This document shows positions 1 to 10,917 of a DNA stretch of 64,000 nt, piece after piece (the first letter of the stretch is position 1; every line of letters begins with the position of its first letter). The translations under genes and the position numbers were made by a program. The notes under the pieces are model-generated. The model was not told the DNA's origin. It did not search any database and saw only the letters and a list, made by a program, of their open reading frames with translations. This stretch comes from an uncultured Spirochaetota bacterium. Its GTDB lineage: Bacteria; Spirochaetota; Brevinematia; Brevinematales; JAOACQ01. The DNA lies in assembly GCA_963835575.1 (NCBI GenBank), contig CAWIGG010000002.1, positions 512,001 through 576,000 on the forward strand, in the 5' to 3' direction.

Positions 1-407
1 GAGTTACCGGGAACGCACGTTCCATCAGTCCTCTTTACCAGCCTATTGTCCGTATGACGAATACTTATATAGACAGGGGCGAATCCGGTTTTGAGGAACT
101 GCTTTCGTCTGTCGATGACGGTATTTACGCCATAGACTATCTGGGCGGCATGACCAATCTCGAAATGTTCACATTTTCATCCGCCTATGCCTACAGGATA
201 AAAAATGGCAAAATCGGGGAGCTTGTCAGGGATGTTGTTCTTTCGGGGAATGTGTTTAAAACGCTTCATAATATAACAAAAATCGGAAACGATCTGACTT
301 TTCATGGAGGATTGGGCGGCTGCGGGAAAGGCGGTCAGAGCGGCCTTCCCGTATCGACAGGAAGTCCCCATATTATTATAAAAGATGTTCTTATTGGAGG
401 GGTATAA
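1..407 (+). CDS. tldD: TldD/PmbA family metalloprotease, C-terminal part (runs off the window start)
   Basis: Frame open from base 3: VTGNARSISPLYQPIVRMTNTYI...YRIKNGKI...GGCGKGGQSGLPVSTGSPH, typical TldD C-terminal motifs. Confidence 0.85.
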   Translation, partial: VTGNARSISPLYQPIVRMTNTYIDRGESGFEELLSSVDDGIYAIDYLGGMTNLEMFTFSSAYAYRIKNGKIGELVRDVVLSGNVFKTLHNITKIGNDLTFHGGLGGCGKGGQSGLPVSTGSPHIIIKDVLIGGV

Positions 408-520
408 ACCCCAGGTATTTTGCTGAGGAGCATGAATATTCATTCTGTTGATTTATAATGGAAATGAAATTATAATAACTGTTTTAATAACAGGCTCAGT
501 GTCAGCGTTAAGGAGACAGA

Positions 521-1315
521 ATGCTTAAGATAACCGTCACAGGCGCGGCCGGCAGGATGGGCAGAACAATCATCAAAGTTGTCGCTGAAGATAAAGAAGC
601 CCAGATTGTCGGCGCGGTGGAAAAAAGCGATAGCCCGTATCTGGGTAATGACGCAGGGGAATTGAGCGGCATCGGCAGGAAATTAAATGTCCCGGTTCAG
701 GATAATCTTGAAAAGGCTTTATCGCCTGCGGATGTATTGATCGATTTCACATCTCCTTCCGAAACAGGCTTCCATATCAAAACCGCCCTGCGGAAACAAA
801 AGGCGCTGGTTATCGGAACGACCGGTGTAGGTGAAGAAGATAAAAAGCTCCTGCTGGAAGCGGGTAAAAAAATCCCGGTTATCTGGGCGCCTAATTTCAG
901 CGTCGGCGTTAATTTAATCGCGAAGCTGACAAGGATCGCCGCGGAAGTCCTCGGGAAAGGGTTTGACCCGGAAATAGTCGAGGCGCACCACCGAATGAAG
1001 AAAGATTCGCCGAGCGGCACCGCCATAAAGCTTCTTAACGTTCTAAAAGATGTTTATAAAACAGATGATGTTGTTTACGGAAGGGAAGGCCTTATCGGAG
1101 AGCGGCCCGGCTCTCAGATAGGCGTTTTTGCTGTGAGAGGGGGGGATGTTGCCGGAGAACACACTGTTTCCTTTTTCGGGGACGGCGAGAGAGTGGAGAT
1201 AGTCCATAAGGCATCATCACGGGAAACATTCGCGCGCGGGGCTTTACGGGCGGCGAAATATATAGTAAAAAAAGGCCCTGGAATTTATACAATGGAGGAT
1301 GTCCTGGGTTTATAA
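521..1315 (+). CDS. dapB: 4-hydroxy-tetrahydrodipicolinate reductase
   Basis: GAAGRMG, IDFT, VIGTTG, EAHHRMKKDSPSGTA motifs; AAGGAG RBS. Confidence 0.97.
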   Translation: MLKITVTGAAGRMGRTIIKVVAEDKEAQIVGAVEKSDSPYLGNDAGELSGIGRKLNVPVQDNLEKALSPADVLIDFTSPSETGFHIKTALRKQKALVIGTTGVGEEDKKLLLEAGKKIPVIWAPNFSVGVNLIAKLTRIAAEVLGKGFDPEIVEAHHRMKKDSPSGTAIKLLNVLKDVYKTDDVVYGREGLIGERPGSQIGVFAVRGGDVAGEHTVSFFGDGERVEIVHKASSRETFARGALRAAKYIVKKGPGIYTMEDVLGL

Positions 1316-1327
1316 AAGGGAGGCATT

Positions 1328-2839
1328 ATGTCAAATGAAAAGATCTATCCTGATAAATTTTATAAAGATATAGAAGGGCTGACTTTTGACGATGTGCTGA
1401 TCGTCCCCAATCAATCCGAAGTGATCCCGGCGCAGACGGACACATCTTCATTCCTGACCCAAAAGATTAAAATGAAAATTCCCATCATATCGGCTGCAAT
1501 GGATACCGTCACGGATTCGAACATGGCCATCGCCATTGCCCAGATGGGCGGGATCGGGATCATTCACCGCAATTATGACATTGAAAAACATATTGAAGAA
1601 GTCAAAAAGGTAAAGCGTTTTGAAAATATCGTGATCAATAATCCGATTGTTCTGAATCTGCATAAAAAAATCAAAGACGTGAAAGATGTGATGAAGGAAT
1701 ACAGCGTTTCCGGTATTCCGATTGTTAATGATAAAAATGAACTGGTCGGAATAGTGACAAAAAGGGACCTGGGTTTTGTCGACGCGGATAAGAACCCTGA
1801 TAAAAGCGTGAAAGATATCATGACCCCCCGCAATGAACTGGTTACATACGAAGGGACCGTCGATTTAAAAAAGGCAAGCGAGATCATGCGTGAAAACCGG
1901 GTCGAAAAGCTTCCCATCGTCGATAAAAACAATAAAATCACAGGGCTTATCACACTGAAGGACATCACAAAAATCGCCGAATTCCCCGACGCGACAAAGG
2001 ATGAAAAAGGCCGGCTCCGCGTCGGCGCGGCTGTCGGGACTTCAGAGGCCGATTTTGAAAGAGCTAAAAGGCTTCATGACGTCGAAGTCGATGTTATCGT
2101 TGTGGACACCGCCCATGGCCATTCAATAAAGGTCCTGAATATGGTTGAAAAACTTAAGAACGCCTATCCGGACCAGCAGCTGATCGCCGGGAATATCGCG
2201 ACGGCGGAAGCCGCAGAAGCCTTGATTAAAAGAGGCGCCGATGCCGTAAAAGTCGGCATAGGTCCCGGCTCAATCTGCACGACGCGTGTTGTCGCCGGGA
2301 TCGGAATTCCGCAAATCACGGCCATAATGGAAGTTTTTTCCATTGCCCAAAAATATAATGTGTCCATGATCGCTGACGGAGGAATTAAGTTCTCGGGGGA
2401 TATCGCCAAAGCCATCGCGGCGGGGGCTGACACAGTGATGATCGGAAATCTATTGGCCGGAACGACGGAAAGCCCGGGTGAATTTGTCATATATAAAGGA
2501 CGGAGATATAAATCCTACAGAGGGATGGGGTCGCTTGCGGCAATGCAGGAAGGCTCGAAAAACCGCTACTTTCAGGATGATTATGAGCCGGAAAAACTTG
2601 TCCCTGAAGGTATTGAAGGCCGCGTCCCTTATAAGGGAGACCTGAAGGATGTCATCTATCAGTTGATCGGCGGCCTGCGCTCCGCGATGGGTTACTGCGG
2701 CACGGCTGATATATCTGAGTTTAAAGAAAAAACAAGATTCTTGAAGATCACCAATGCTTCGCTCAGGGAGTCGCATCCTCACGATGTGATTATTACAAAA
2801 GAAGCGCCGAATTATATGGTTGATTCTGAAGAATATTGA
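1328..2839 (+). CDS. guaB: IMP dehydrogenase with CBS pair
   Basis: [27 protein letters not shown] catalytic loop, YRGMGS, ESHPHDV. Confidence 0.98.
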   Translation: MSNEKIYPDKFYKDIEGLTFDDVLIVPNQSEVIPAQTDTSSFLTQKIKMKIPIISAAMDTVTDSNMAIAIAQMGGIGIIHRNYDIEKHIEEVKKVKRFENIVINNPIVLNLHKKIKDVKDVMKEYSVSGIPIVNDKNELVGIVTKRDLGFVDADKNPDKSVKDIMTPRNELVTYEGTVDLKKASEIMRENRVEKLPIVDKNNKITGLITLKDITKIAEFPDATKDEKGRLRVGAAVGTSEADFERAKRLHDVEVDVIVVDTAHGHSIKVLNMVEKLKNAYPDQQLIAGNIATAEAAEALIKRGADAVKVGIGPGSICTTRVVAGIGIPQITAIMEVFSIAQKYNVSMIADGGIKFSGDIAKAIAAGADTVMIGNLLAGTTESPGEFVIYKGRRYKSYRGMGSLAAMQEGSKNRYFQDDYEPEKLVPEGIEGRVPYKGDLKDVIYQLIGGLRSAMGYCGTADISEFKEKTRFLKITNASLRESHPHDVIITKEAPNYMVDSEEY

Positions 2840-2859
2840 TTAGACATGGGGGATCATTA

Positions 2860-3789
2860 ATGGAAGAATTTGTATTTCATATAAGCTCTCTGGAATCTGA
2901 AATTAAAAAGGGCAAAAACTATGTTCTGATTGATCCGATTCATGATTCCAAAATGAAAGTTCTTATCGGGACGCAGAAGATACTGACAGAAAAAGATATC
3001 GTAAAAATAAAAGAGTTGTTTGAAAATAATCCGCACACGACCATCCATGTCAGAACAGCCATACCTCATTATATAGAAGAAGATAAAAGGGTAAAATGGG
3101 TTTCATTGATTATTTCTAATTTCGAGGCTAAAGATTATGTAAAAAAACTGACCTATGAAAGAAAAGACTTCATCACCAAGTATCTTAAATCAATTATAAA
3201 AGAGGATGATTACGTTGTCTGGAAGCTGTATCAATTAAAAAATTTCTCGAAAAAATTATTTGATCATTCGTTGAATACATGTTTTATCGCGCTGATTACT
3301 TATTATAATTATAATTTGATGAACCAGTCCGGGATGATAGACGGGAAAATGGTTGAAAATGTCATAAATGCCAGTTTACTGCAAAGTATCGGTCTTTTGA
3401 AAAATGACGCGAAAATGCTGGAAAAGAAAAGGGTTGAAATTGTTCAAAACCGCCTGTCCGAATTTTACCAGCATACAAGTGAAGCATATAAGATTCTTAA
3501 ATCAGAAACCGCCCGGCATGATCTTCCCGAGGAAGTCCTTCAGGCTGTCTTAAACCATGAGGAATTCGCTGACGGGAGCGGTTCGCCCCGGGGGCTGGAT
3601 GGGAACGATATGCCGTTTCTGGCGAAGCTTCTTTCCCTGGCCAATTATTTTGAGCTGCTTCTTTCAGGGGAATGGAGTTTAAAAGACAGGACAAGCCGCG
3701 AACACTGCAGTAAACTCCGGCAGGAAAGAAAAAAATTCGACCCGCAGATTTTTGAAGCGCTGGATTCCAGCTTTAAGACTTTATTTTAG
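2860..3789 (+). CDS. Degenerate HD-GYP domain protein
   Basis: HSLNT, LLQSIG (usually LLHDIGK), NHEEFADGSGSPRGL (usually HHERxDGSGYPxGL), KFDP; ATG 2860 preferred over the ORF-track start 2836. Confidence 0.75.
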   Translation: MEEFVFHISSLESEIKKGKNYVLIDPIHDSKMKVLIGTQKILTEKDIVKIKELFENNPHTTIHVRTAIPHYIEEDKRVKWVSLIISNFEAKDYVKKLTYERKDFITKYLKSIIKEDDYVVWKLYQLKNFSKKLFDHSLNTCFIALITYYNYNLMNQSGMIDGKMVENVINASLLQSIGLLKNDAKMLEKKRVEIVQNRLSEFYQHTSEAYKILKSETARHDLPEEVLQAVLNHEEFADGSGSPRGLDGNDMPFLAKLLSLANYFELLLSGEWSLKDRTSREHCSKLRQERKKFDPQIFEALDSSFKTLF

Positions 3790-3857
3790 GAAGCTCTAAA
3801 AAACTTCAGTTGCCCTATATATATACTGATAAAATTTTATAAGCAGCGGATTTACAT

Positions 3858-5507
3858 ATGACCGGAAAATCCTATTCACCGGAAGAAATCAAGCAGTTTG
3901 CCCGCGCTCATTTTCATATAACCTGTTTCCGGGAACAACAGCTTGAAATAATCAAGTCCCTCTTAAATAAAAAAGATACTATCGTAGTCATGCCTACAGG
4001 CGGAGGAAAATCCATTACGTTTCAAATCCCGGCTTTGATGCGGGAAGGGTTGGCGCTGGTAGTGAGCCCGCTTATATCTCTCATGAAGGACCAGGTCAGG
4101 ATTTTAAAAGAAGAGAAAAATATCATCGGATGCGATTATTTATCATCAAACCGCCCCTATTCTGAAATTAAAGAAGTATACGGCCGTATAGATCAAATCA
4201 AGATTCTTTATGTTACTCCTGAAAGGCTTGAAAATCAGGAATTTATCAAGTTTCTCCGTTCCAAAAATCTGGTCGTTTCCATGATTATTGTTGATGAGGC
4301 TCACTGCATCTCTCTCTGGGGGAACACATTCCGGCCGTCATATCTGAAATTAAAAGCGGTAAAGAATAATTTCCCTGACGCTGTAGTCGGGGCTTTTACG
4401 GCTACGGCTACTCCAGAGATAATAAATGACATTATTTTTTTTCTGGGTTTGAAGGAGCCTGTCCTTTTCCGGAAAAGCATGAGACGGGACAATATTTTCA
4501 TCAGCATTTCTTTTATCCAGGATAAATTTCTGTATCTCTTAAAAAATATTCAGAAAGACCAATTTACCATTATTTACACCACATCAAAATATTTATGTGA
4601 TTCCCTGGTATATCTCCTGGAATCGCACGGCTATTCCGCCGCGGCCTATCACGCGGGCCTGCCTTCTGAGACACGGAATAAGAACCAGAATGATTTTATG
4701 GAAGGAAGAAAAAAGATCATGGTGGCGACATCAGCCTTCGGGATGGGCATCGATAAAAAGGATGTCCGCCATATTATACATTTCCAGGCCCCGCTGGAAC
4801 TGGAAGAGTACCTTCAGGAGATAGGAAGGGCCGGCAGGGACGGTAAAGCCGCCAGGGCGGATCTGCTCGCCGGCCTGGATGATTTCAATGATCTGGCATC
4901 ATTCTTAAATGATCAATACCCTCCATGGGATACCGTTAGAAAATGGCTTAATAAAAATCAGCTGAGCCGGGCGGAAAAGGAAAGACTGGAATCCATTTTT
5001 TCAGCCTTCGGGGATATCGAAGCGGATGAATTGAAAAAGTCTAAAGATCTGTATTTAAAAAAGAAGAAAATAAGAATGAATAAACTGAATGGGGTAACAG
5101 AATTCCTTTCTTCATCTGCCTGCAGAATGGTATTTTTAATGAAATATTTTGGGGAAAAAGCAACTCACAATTGCGGGCATTGCGACTATTGTATTTCAAA
5201 AAAAGATAAAGGCGGACTTAATCAAGATGAATTACGGATAAGCGCCTTACTATTTTCAATTAATAAAAGCATAATCATTAATAACTTGAAGGATATCGGA
5301 AGCGGTGTAAAATCTAATTTTACTGTTTTTCCCGGATTCGGCAAACTTAAGGGCATTTCCATTCAAAATTATAGAGAGATATTATATTCTTTAAAGAACA
5401 AAGGTATAATTGAATTTGATAAAGAAGGGAAAGCAGTTCTTTATAATAAAAAAAATAATCAAATAAGCTTGCCACATCCGTCAAAAAAAATTACAATAAA
5501 GATATAG
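3858..5507 (+). CDS. recQ: RecQ family ATP-dependent DNA helicase (no obvious HRDC domain)
   Basis: MPTGGGKS, VDEAHCISLWG, TATAT, YHAGL, QEIGRAGRDG, Zn motif CRM...CGHCDYC. Confidence 0.93.
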   Translation: MTGKSYSPEEIKQFARAHFHITCFREQQLEIIKSLLNKKDTIVVMPTGGGKSITFQIPALMREGLALVVSPLISLMKDQVRILKEEKNIIGCDYLSSNRPYSEIKEVYGRIDQIKILYVTPERLENQEFIKFLRSKNLVVSMIIVDEAHCISLWGNTFRPSYLKLKAVKNNFPDAVVGAFTATATPEIINDIIFFLGLKEPVLFRKSMRRDNIFISISFIQDKFLYLLKNIQKDQFTIIYTTSKYLCDSLVYLLESHGYSAAAYHAGLPSETRNKNQNDFMEGRKKIMVATSAFGMGIDKKDVRHIIHFQAPLELEEYLQEIGRAGRDGKAARADLLAGLDDFNDLASFLNDQYPPWDTVRKWLNKNQLSRAEKERLESIFSAFGDIEADELKKSKDLYLKKKKIRMNKLNGVTEFLSSSACRMVFLMKYFGEKATHNCGHCDYCISKKDKGGLNQDELRISALLFSINKSIIINNLKDIGSGVKSNFTVFPGFGKLKGISIQNYREILYSLKNKGIIEFDKEGKAVLYNKKNNQISLPHPSKKITIKI

Positions 5508-5650
5508 GGCATTTCCATCCCTCACCAGTTTGTCAGGCTGCACCTGAGGAGCAATCAAACTGGTGAGGGATTGGATATTCCTAAAATCTTATACTTGGAG
5601 AATAAAATGTTCTAAATTACGTAATATTTTGCCGGTTTTTAGAACTGCCC
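5507..5650. mobile_element. 144-bp MITE-like element, family A copy 1, with internal long hairpin
   Basis: Flanked by TATA (5503-5506 and 5651-5654); the right end read on the minus strand, GGGCAGTTCTAAAAACC, matches the IS5 right TIR at 51350-51366 at 15/17; close second copy at 61737. Confidence 0.75.
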
Positions 5651-5709
5651 TATAATTAAAAAGGGGGAGCCCTATTTAAAAATGTAATATTCAGGCTTGA
5701 GGGGGCTGA

Positions 5710-6972
5710 ATGGCCAGAACCAAGCTTCGCGTCTGGATCATGTCGGATGGGGGATACTGGCATGCGACCAGCTTATACAGCCAGTTTTATGAAACTTACC
5801 TGAAAAAAAAGATGGGCATGGAAATTGAATGGCATCTGGTTCCATGGAATAGCGTCTGGCAGGAGTTAATTGAATCTTTTAAAAACAACAGGTCTCCGGA
5901 TGTGTTTCAACTGGGAACCACGTGGCTCAGCTCAATGGCCCATATGGGGTTTTTAGCCCCTGTTCCTTCAGGATTAATAGGTCAAAAAGCCGTAGTAAAA
6001 TGGATGGAAGAAATTGTTCGTTATAACAGCCGTCATATGGCAGTTCCATGGTTTATAGATATTTCCATACTGATGGCAAGACAGGATATACTCCATTCCT
6101 ATCAAATTGATACAACGAAGCCGCTTAAATGGGAGGAATTTTACAATTTATGTTCGGAAATAGGTGAAAGCGCTTTAATTTCCAGACAGAAAAAGAAAGA
6201 AAATCCGGATAATCCTCTCCCGCTTGGAATTTCATTTCATCCGGAAATAACTACCCTTCATAACATCATACCCTGGCTCTGGGCCGGCGGCTGGAATTTC
6301 CCTGATTTTAAAAACCCGCCTTTCCGGATTTTTAACGATGAAAAAGCGAATGTCAGTTTTGATTATTTAAGCGGATTATACGCGGCATGTAAAATGCCGG
6401 GAAATATACTCCTGGCGCCTTCTCATACGCTCCAGCATGATTTCTTTCACAAAGGAGAATTTGTTTTTTTTATCAGCCACTGGTGTCTGGATATAATAAA
6501 AAAATATGGAATATTTCCCGACCAGTTTGAATACAATTGGCCTTTTACTGCCATACCTTTTCCAGCCGGTCCGTATGGCTCAATACCCTGGGGCGGCGGA
6601 TCGGTTCTCTGTGTCTCTTCACAATCGAAACATAAGGAAGAGAGCTGGAATCTCATCGGACATATGGCAAAAGATGACTTTATGAAAAGGAAAACCCAGC
6701 TTTCCGGGTCTTTCCCGGCTCTTGAAGGTCTTTTCTGGGAGGAAATCAGAGGTATAAAGAGCCTCGCTCCTTATTATGATATGATAAAAAATTCATCGAC
6801 ATATCCATCCCATCCCCTCTGGTGTTCAATTGAAATCTTATTAAGCAGCAGCTTGAGCGAGTTATTTACCCTGTTTGCCGGAGACGGCAGGAATATGGAT
6901 AAAGCGTCGGAAATAATAATAAAAGCAGACGATAAAATTAATGAATTGTTTTCATTGGCATGGGGTTTATAG
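5710..6972 (+). CDS. Family 1 (sugar-type) solute-binding protein lacking a signal peptide
   Basis: PDVFQLGTTWLSSMA, AVPWFID, PWGGGSVLCV motifs; N-terminus MARTKLRVWIM has no hydrophobic segment or lipobox. Confidence 0.8.
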   Translation: MARTKLRVWIMSDGGYWHATSLYSQFYETYLKKKMGMEIEWHLVPWNSVWQELIESFKNNRSPDVFQLGTTWLSSMAHMGFLAPVPSGLIGQKAVVKWMEEIVRYNSRHMAVPWFIDISILMARQDILHSYQIDTTKPLKWEEFYNLCSEIGESALISRQKKKENPDNPLPLGISFHPEITTLHNIIPWLWAGGWNFPDFKNPPFRIFNDEKANVSFDYLSGLYAACKMPGNILLAPSHTLQHDFFHKGEFVFFISHWCLDIIKKYGIFPDQFEYNWPFTAIPFPAGPYGSIPWGGGSVLCVSSQSKHKEESWNLIGHMAKDDFMKRKTQLSGSFPALEGLFWEEIRGIKSLAPYYDMIKNSSTYPSHPLWCSIEILLSSSLSELFTLFAGDGRNMDKASEIIIKADDKINELFSLAWGL

Positions 6973-8373
6973 ATGGAAAATAATTCAAAAATTGACCCGA
7001 AAAATATCGGGATAAGATCGGCGGCGATCATTTTTTCATCAAGTAATTATAAAACAGCATTATCATCGGCAATGCAGATCATTTATCAATCGTTTTCCCA
7101 ATGGGTTAATGAACTGCATCTTTATATAATAGATGGAAGACATGAAAATTTAAGAGAAGAGGTTGTTGTCATAGATGGCGAAAACTACGGCGGAAGCGAT
7201 ATTTTTCCTGTCAATCAAATACAGCAGAAGTTTTCTTTAAAAAGCAGATTTATCAAACGTATGAACAACCAGAGAGAAGATGTGTTTATTCCTCTTAAAA
7301 TGAAAAATCAGCTGATCGGTCTGCTGGAATTAAATTTCAAAAATGTCCCGGATTTTTTAAATAGGGATGATCTGATATTGATGGGACAATCCCTTTCGTT
7401 TGGCATACAGTATGTCCTGCTTCATAAGAAAACCCGGAATTATTCCAGGCTCCTTCATGAAGCTGCCCGTCTCAGCCGTGAATTACATTCGCTTATCGGC
7501 ACCGAAAAACTCATTAACCGCTTTGCGGCAATGGCGGTAAAAAAGCTCGGATTTGACAGGGCTACGATTTTTATTTTCGGCGAAAATACGCAGACTGTTG
7601 TCCGTTGTGTTTCCGCCAATTGCGGGAAAAGGCCTTTTATAATTGAAAATATCAAATGCCCGCCGGATTTTAAAAGCGAACCGTTCCAGCTGGATATTAT
7701 CCCCGGCTTCTGGCTGCCGATTAAGATCGGTCCCCGGGTATTGGGCGGGCTTCTGGTTGATAATATATTCACTCTGGAGCCGGTCCCGAATGATATGATA
7801 GAAACGCTTTTCGAGCTGACCGGCCAGGTCGCCCTGGCGATTGAAAACACGGCTTTATTTAGAAATTTAAAGGAAAAAGCGATGAGGGACGATCTTACCG
7901 GGCTTTTCCGTTCCGGATTTTTTTATGAAGAGGTAAAAAAGGGTATAGAGAATTACATGAGTTCAGCCCTTATTTCCCTTGATATTGATTTTTTTAAATC
8001 TATAAATGATACTTTCGGGCATCCCGCCGGCGACGAGGTCCTCAAAGTCACAGCCCAGACATTGAAAAAGCTTCTCCGGGCCGGGGATATAGCCTGCCGG
8101 ATGGGCGGGGATGAATTCATGGTTTTCCTGCCGGGAGTTGATTCAAGGCATGCCTTAAATATTTCACAGAGGATCATTCATTATTTTCTGGACCATAAGA
8201 TCAAGATACAGGGTAATAAAAATTTTAAGATTTCGCTTTCAGCAGGCGTGGCGCTTTATCCTTCCGATGCGGATAATTTTCAGGAACTCCTCAATCAATC
8301 TGACGCCGCTCTGTATTTATCAAAGCAGAAAGGAAGGGGCAGGGTCCACATGGCGCAGGACTTACTCGACTAG
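6973..8373 (+). CDS. GAF-GAF-GGDEF diguanylate cyclase
   Basis: RDDLTGL, DIDFFKSINDTFGHPAGD, RAGD I-site, GGDEF; starts immediately after the upstream stop. Confidence 0.9.
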   Translation: MENNSKIDPKNIGIRSAAIIFSSSNYKTALSSAMQIIYQSFSQWVNELHLYIIDGRHENLREEVVVIDGENYGGSDIFPVNQIQQKFSLKSRFIKRMNNQREDVFIPLKMKNQLIGLLELNFKNVPDFLNRDDLILMGQSLSFGIQYVLLHKKTRNYSRLLHEAARLSRELHSLIGTEKLINRFAAMAVKKLGFDRATIFIFGENTQTVVRCVSANCGKRPFIIENIKCPPDFKSEPFQLDIIPGFWLPIKIGPRVLGGLLVDNIFTLEPVPNDMIETLFELTGQVALAIENTALFRNLKEKAMRDDLTGLFRSGFFYEEVKKGIENYMSSALISLDIDFFKSINDTFGHPAGDEVLKVTAQTLKKLLRAGDIACRMGGDEFMVFLPGVDSRHALNISQRIIHYFLDHKIKIQGNKNFKISLSAGVALYPSDADNFQELLNQSDAALYLSKQKGRGRVHMAQDLLD

Positions 8374-10326
8374 CTTAAGGCCGGTTTTTTCCTCATTCCT
8401 TTTATCGGATGTTTTTTCCTGCAGAACATATTTTTCCAGATATTGCTTCAAAGCCCGCGTTTTATCAGCATTGTCAAGAATATTGCCCTTTATCTGTTCT
8501 ATAGTTTTAATGAGATGGTTCATGGCTTCAATATGTTTTTTCGTGCTTTCCTTATTGTCAATGGACATATTTCTCAAATCGTTTAAAGCGCCGGAAAAGT
8601 CATAGGTGGCGTCCTTCTGCTCTATCATTGAAAGCTTTACTTCTTCCGTGATTTTAACCAGTTCCTGGGTTGATTTCAAGATCTCTTTGGCGCCGTTATT
8701 CTGCTCGGCTATGGCAACACTGAGCTGGCTGATGATCTGAACATTCTGGCCTGAATAAGCGGTGATCATATCAAGGCCCACGCCGGCCTTTTCGGCAAGT
8801 CTGACGGAATCGTCAATCCGTCCGACAATCGTACTTACGACATCTCCGATATCCCTGGCGTTTTTATTTGTATCTTCGGAAAGCCTTCTTATTTCGTCGG
8901 CGACAATGGCAAAACCCTTTCCGGCCTCGCCGGCATGCGCGGCCTCTATCGCGGCGTTCATAGCCAATAAATTTGTCTGTTTAGCGATATTTGATATTAA
9001 TCCCAGAAGTTTCAATATCTGCTGGGAATATTCGGCAACTTCCCGGATTGATTGAACTGAAGCCTTAACAGCCGTGCTCCCCTCAATGGAAACGCTGTTG
9101 AGGTTCTGCGATATGTCTTTTGTTTTGTTCGACATTTCTGTCGTGTTTTCAATGTTCCGCACCATTTCTTCAATGGAGCTCGCGCCTTCTTCAACGGCTG
9201 AAGCCTGCTTGACCATGATATTCATAATACTTTCAATATTGCGGACGACTTCTTCCAATGTGGCGGTCAATTCCTCAATCCCGGAAGTAGAACTTTCCGA
9301 CTGCGTGTCAAGCTTTTGGATTGTTTCCTTAATAATATCCAGATTCGGTTTAATAGAGCGGTCCATTAAATCCTTTGAGGTTTCGGATGTATCTTTTACT
9401 GTATTTGTTATATTCCCGACCTGTATCAGGTCTTCATTCAAACTGCTTATGAGCTCGTTAAAGCTTTTTGCCAGATCGCCCATTTCATCATTTCTGGTTA
9501 GAACTATCCTTTTTGTCAAATCCCCTTTTCCTTCGCTTATTTCCTTGAGCGAACGGATCGTTTCTTTTAAAGGTTTGATAAGGCGGCGTGTGAACAGGAA
9601 AATAAAGGGAAGGATAAGAATGCAGATAACAGCCAGGATTATTGTTATGGTAAAGAATAATCCGGTCATTTCCTTATCGGATTGTTCTTTTTCCTGATTG
9701 ACTTTGGTTTCTAAGTCATCGGTATAAATACCGGAGCCGATGATCCATCCCCATGGTTTGAAAAGCATAACAAAAGAAAGCTTCGGCTGGTCTTTCATGG
9801 CATTGTCGGCGCCTGGTTTCGGCCAGAGATATTCGATAAAGCCGCTCCCGTTTTTTTCACCTGTCTCAACAGCCGCCGCAAAAAGGTTCCTTTTTTCTTT
9901 TCCCATTGTATTGTATTTTGAATCGCTCAAAACCTTGTCGTTTAATTCCGGCATAACCGGATCCATTATCATGACAGGATAGGGTTTTGATGTATCATTA
10001 ATCCATAAATAACCGGCGTCCTCATCATACCTTATCTTTTTTATATCCTGCAGGATTTTCTTTTTTGCTTCTTCATCGTTTGTTTTATGACGGGATTGGT
10101 TTTTTTGAGAATTGTAGGCTTCCTGGATCAAATTATATCCGACAGAAACAATATTTTTCAGGCTGTATTTGCGTTCGGTAAACAATTCCTCTCTATAATT
10201 TTTTAATCTATAATTACTGCTGATAGAAAGCAGGGTCCATAAAGAAATTAAAGAAATAATATAAAACAAAACAAGAATTAAGAGATTGAATGAAGTAATC
10301 TTTGTACCGATTTTTACGCCTTTCAC
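8362..10326 (-). CDS. Methyl-accepting chemotaxis protein (Cache sensor, HAMP)
   Basis: Two TM helices, YLWPKP...KPWGWIIGSGIY Cache motif, IAKQTNLLAMNAAIEAAHAGEAGKGFAIVADEIRRL. Confidence 0.95.
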   Translation of the reverse strand: MKGVKIGTKITSFNLLILVLFYIISLISLWTLLSISSNYRLKNYREELFTERKYSLKNIVSVGYNLIQEAYNSQKNQSRHKTNDEEAKKKILQDIKKIRYDEDAGYLWINDTSKPYPVMIMDPVMPELNDKVLSDSKYNTMGKEKRNLFAAAVETGEKNGSGFIEYLWPKPGADNAMKDQPKLSFVMLFKPWGWIIGSGIYTDDLETKVNQEKEQSDKEMTGLFFTITIILAVICILILPFIFLFTRRLIKPLKETIRSLKEISEGKGDLTKRIVLTRNDEMGDLAKSFNELISSLNEDLIQVGNITNTVKDTSETSKDLMDRSIKPNLDIIKETIQKLDTQSESSTSGIEELTATLEEVVRNIESIMNIMVKQASAVEEGASSIEEMVRNIENTTEMSNKTKDISQNLNSVSIEGSTAVKASVQSIREVAEYSQQILKLLGLISNIAKQTNLLAMNAAIEAAHAGEAGKGFAIVADEIRRLSEDTNKNARDIGDVVSTIVGRIDDSVRLAEKAGVGLDMITAYSGQNVQIISQLSVAIAEQNNGAKEILKSTQELVKITEEVKLSMIEQKDATYDFSGALNDLRNMSIDNKESTKKHIEAMNHLIKTIEQIKGNILDNADKTRALKQYLEKYVLQEKTSDKRNEEKTGLKLVE

Positions 10327-10709
10327 AACTATCCTCCCGCTGTGAATTCCCCATTAAATAAACATCGACAAATCGATTCAAAATATGAAGCGGGCCGATC
10401 AATGGGAATAATTAATGCAGGAATGCGATTTAAAGTCCGCTCCGCTCTCAGGCTTATTTAAGGTTTTTTATAAAAACGGCACTGTTTTCCATACCATCTT
10501 TACGGGATATTCTATCAAGAGTATCTGTTTTTGGCAATAAAATATGTCCAGCAAAAAAGAGTAATACTGACATAAAAAAAGAATCTCAAAATTATTGGAA
10601 TAAATACAATGTAAATATCTGTTAAATAGTAATGAAGCCATTGAAAGGATTGACTGAAAATTTAGATGCTCTTTTATGTGAAAATGTATTAAATCAGTAT
10701 ATAATATAA

Positions 10710-10830
10710 GGGCGGTTCAAATAATGAAAAAATATCTTTTATCATCTTTCACCGGATAGATCGCTTCTCAAGCGGAGCCTGACAAACCGGTGAAGGAAAA
10801 TCCACTAAAATAATAACTATTGGAACATCC
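10710..10830. repeat. MITE-like element, family A diverged copy (hairpin core inverted, 10745-10797)
   Basis: Starts GGGCGGTTCAAATA; minus strand CCTTCACCGGTTTGTCAGGCTCCGCTTGAGAAGCGATCTATCCGGTGAAAGA aligns with the 5519-5570 hairpin. Confidence 0.65.
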
Positions 10831-10917
10831 TATAGTAAAGTTTGAAGAAAAACGTTTCTTTTACTACGGTTATACGGGCGCCGATATATATTACTGTTTT
10901 TTATCCGGGGTAATTCT

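Noticed and set aside
5499..5660. RecQ truncated by the MITE
   Set aside because: Removing the element and one TATA leaves AAG ATA TAA, a stop at the same codon.
8762..9982. Long antisense ORFs opposite the MCP (and similar shadows opposite guaB, htpG and ahcY)
   Set aside because: Shadow frames of well-supported genes, with no RBS or motifs.
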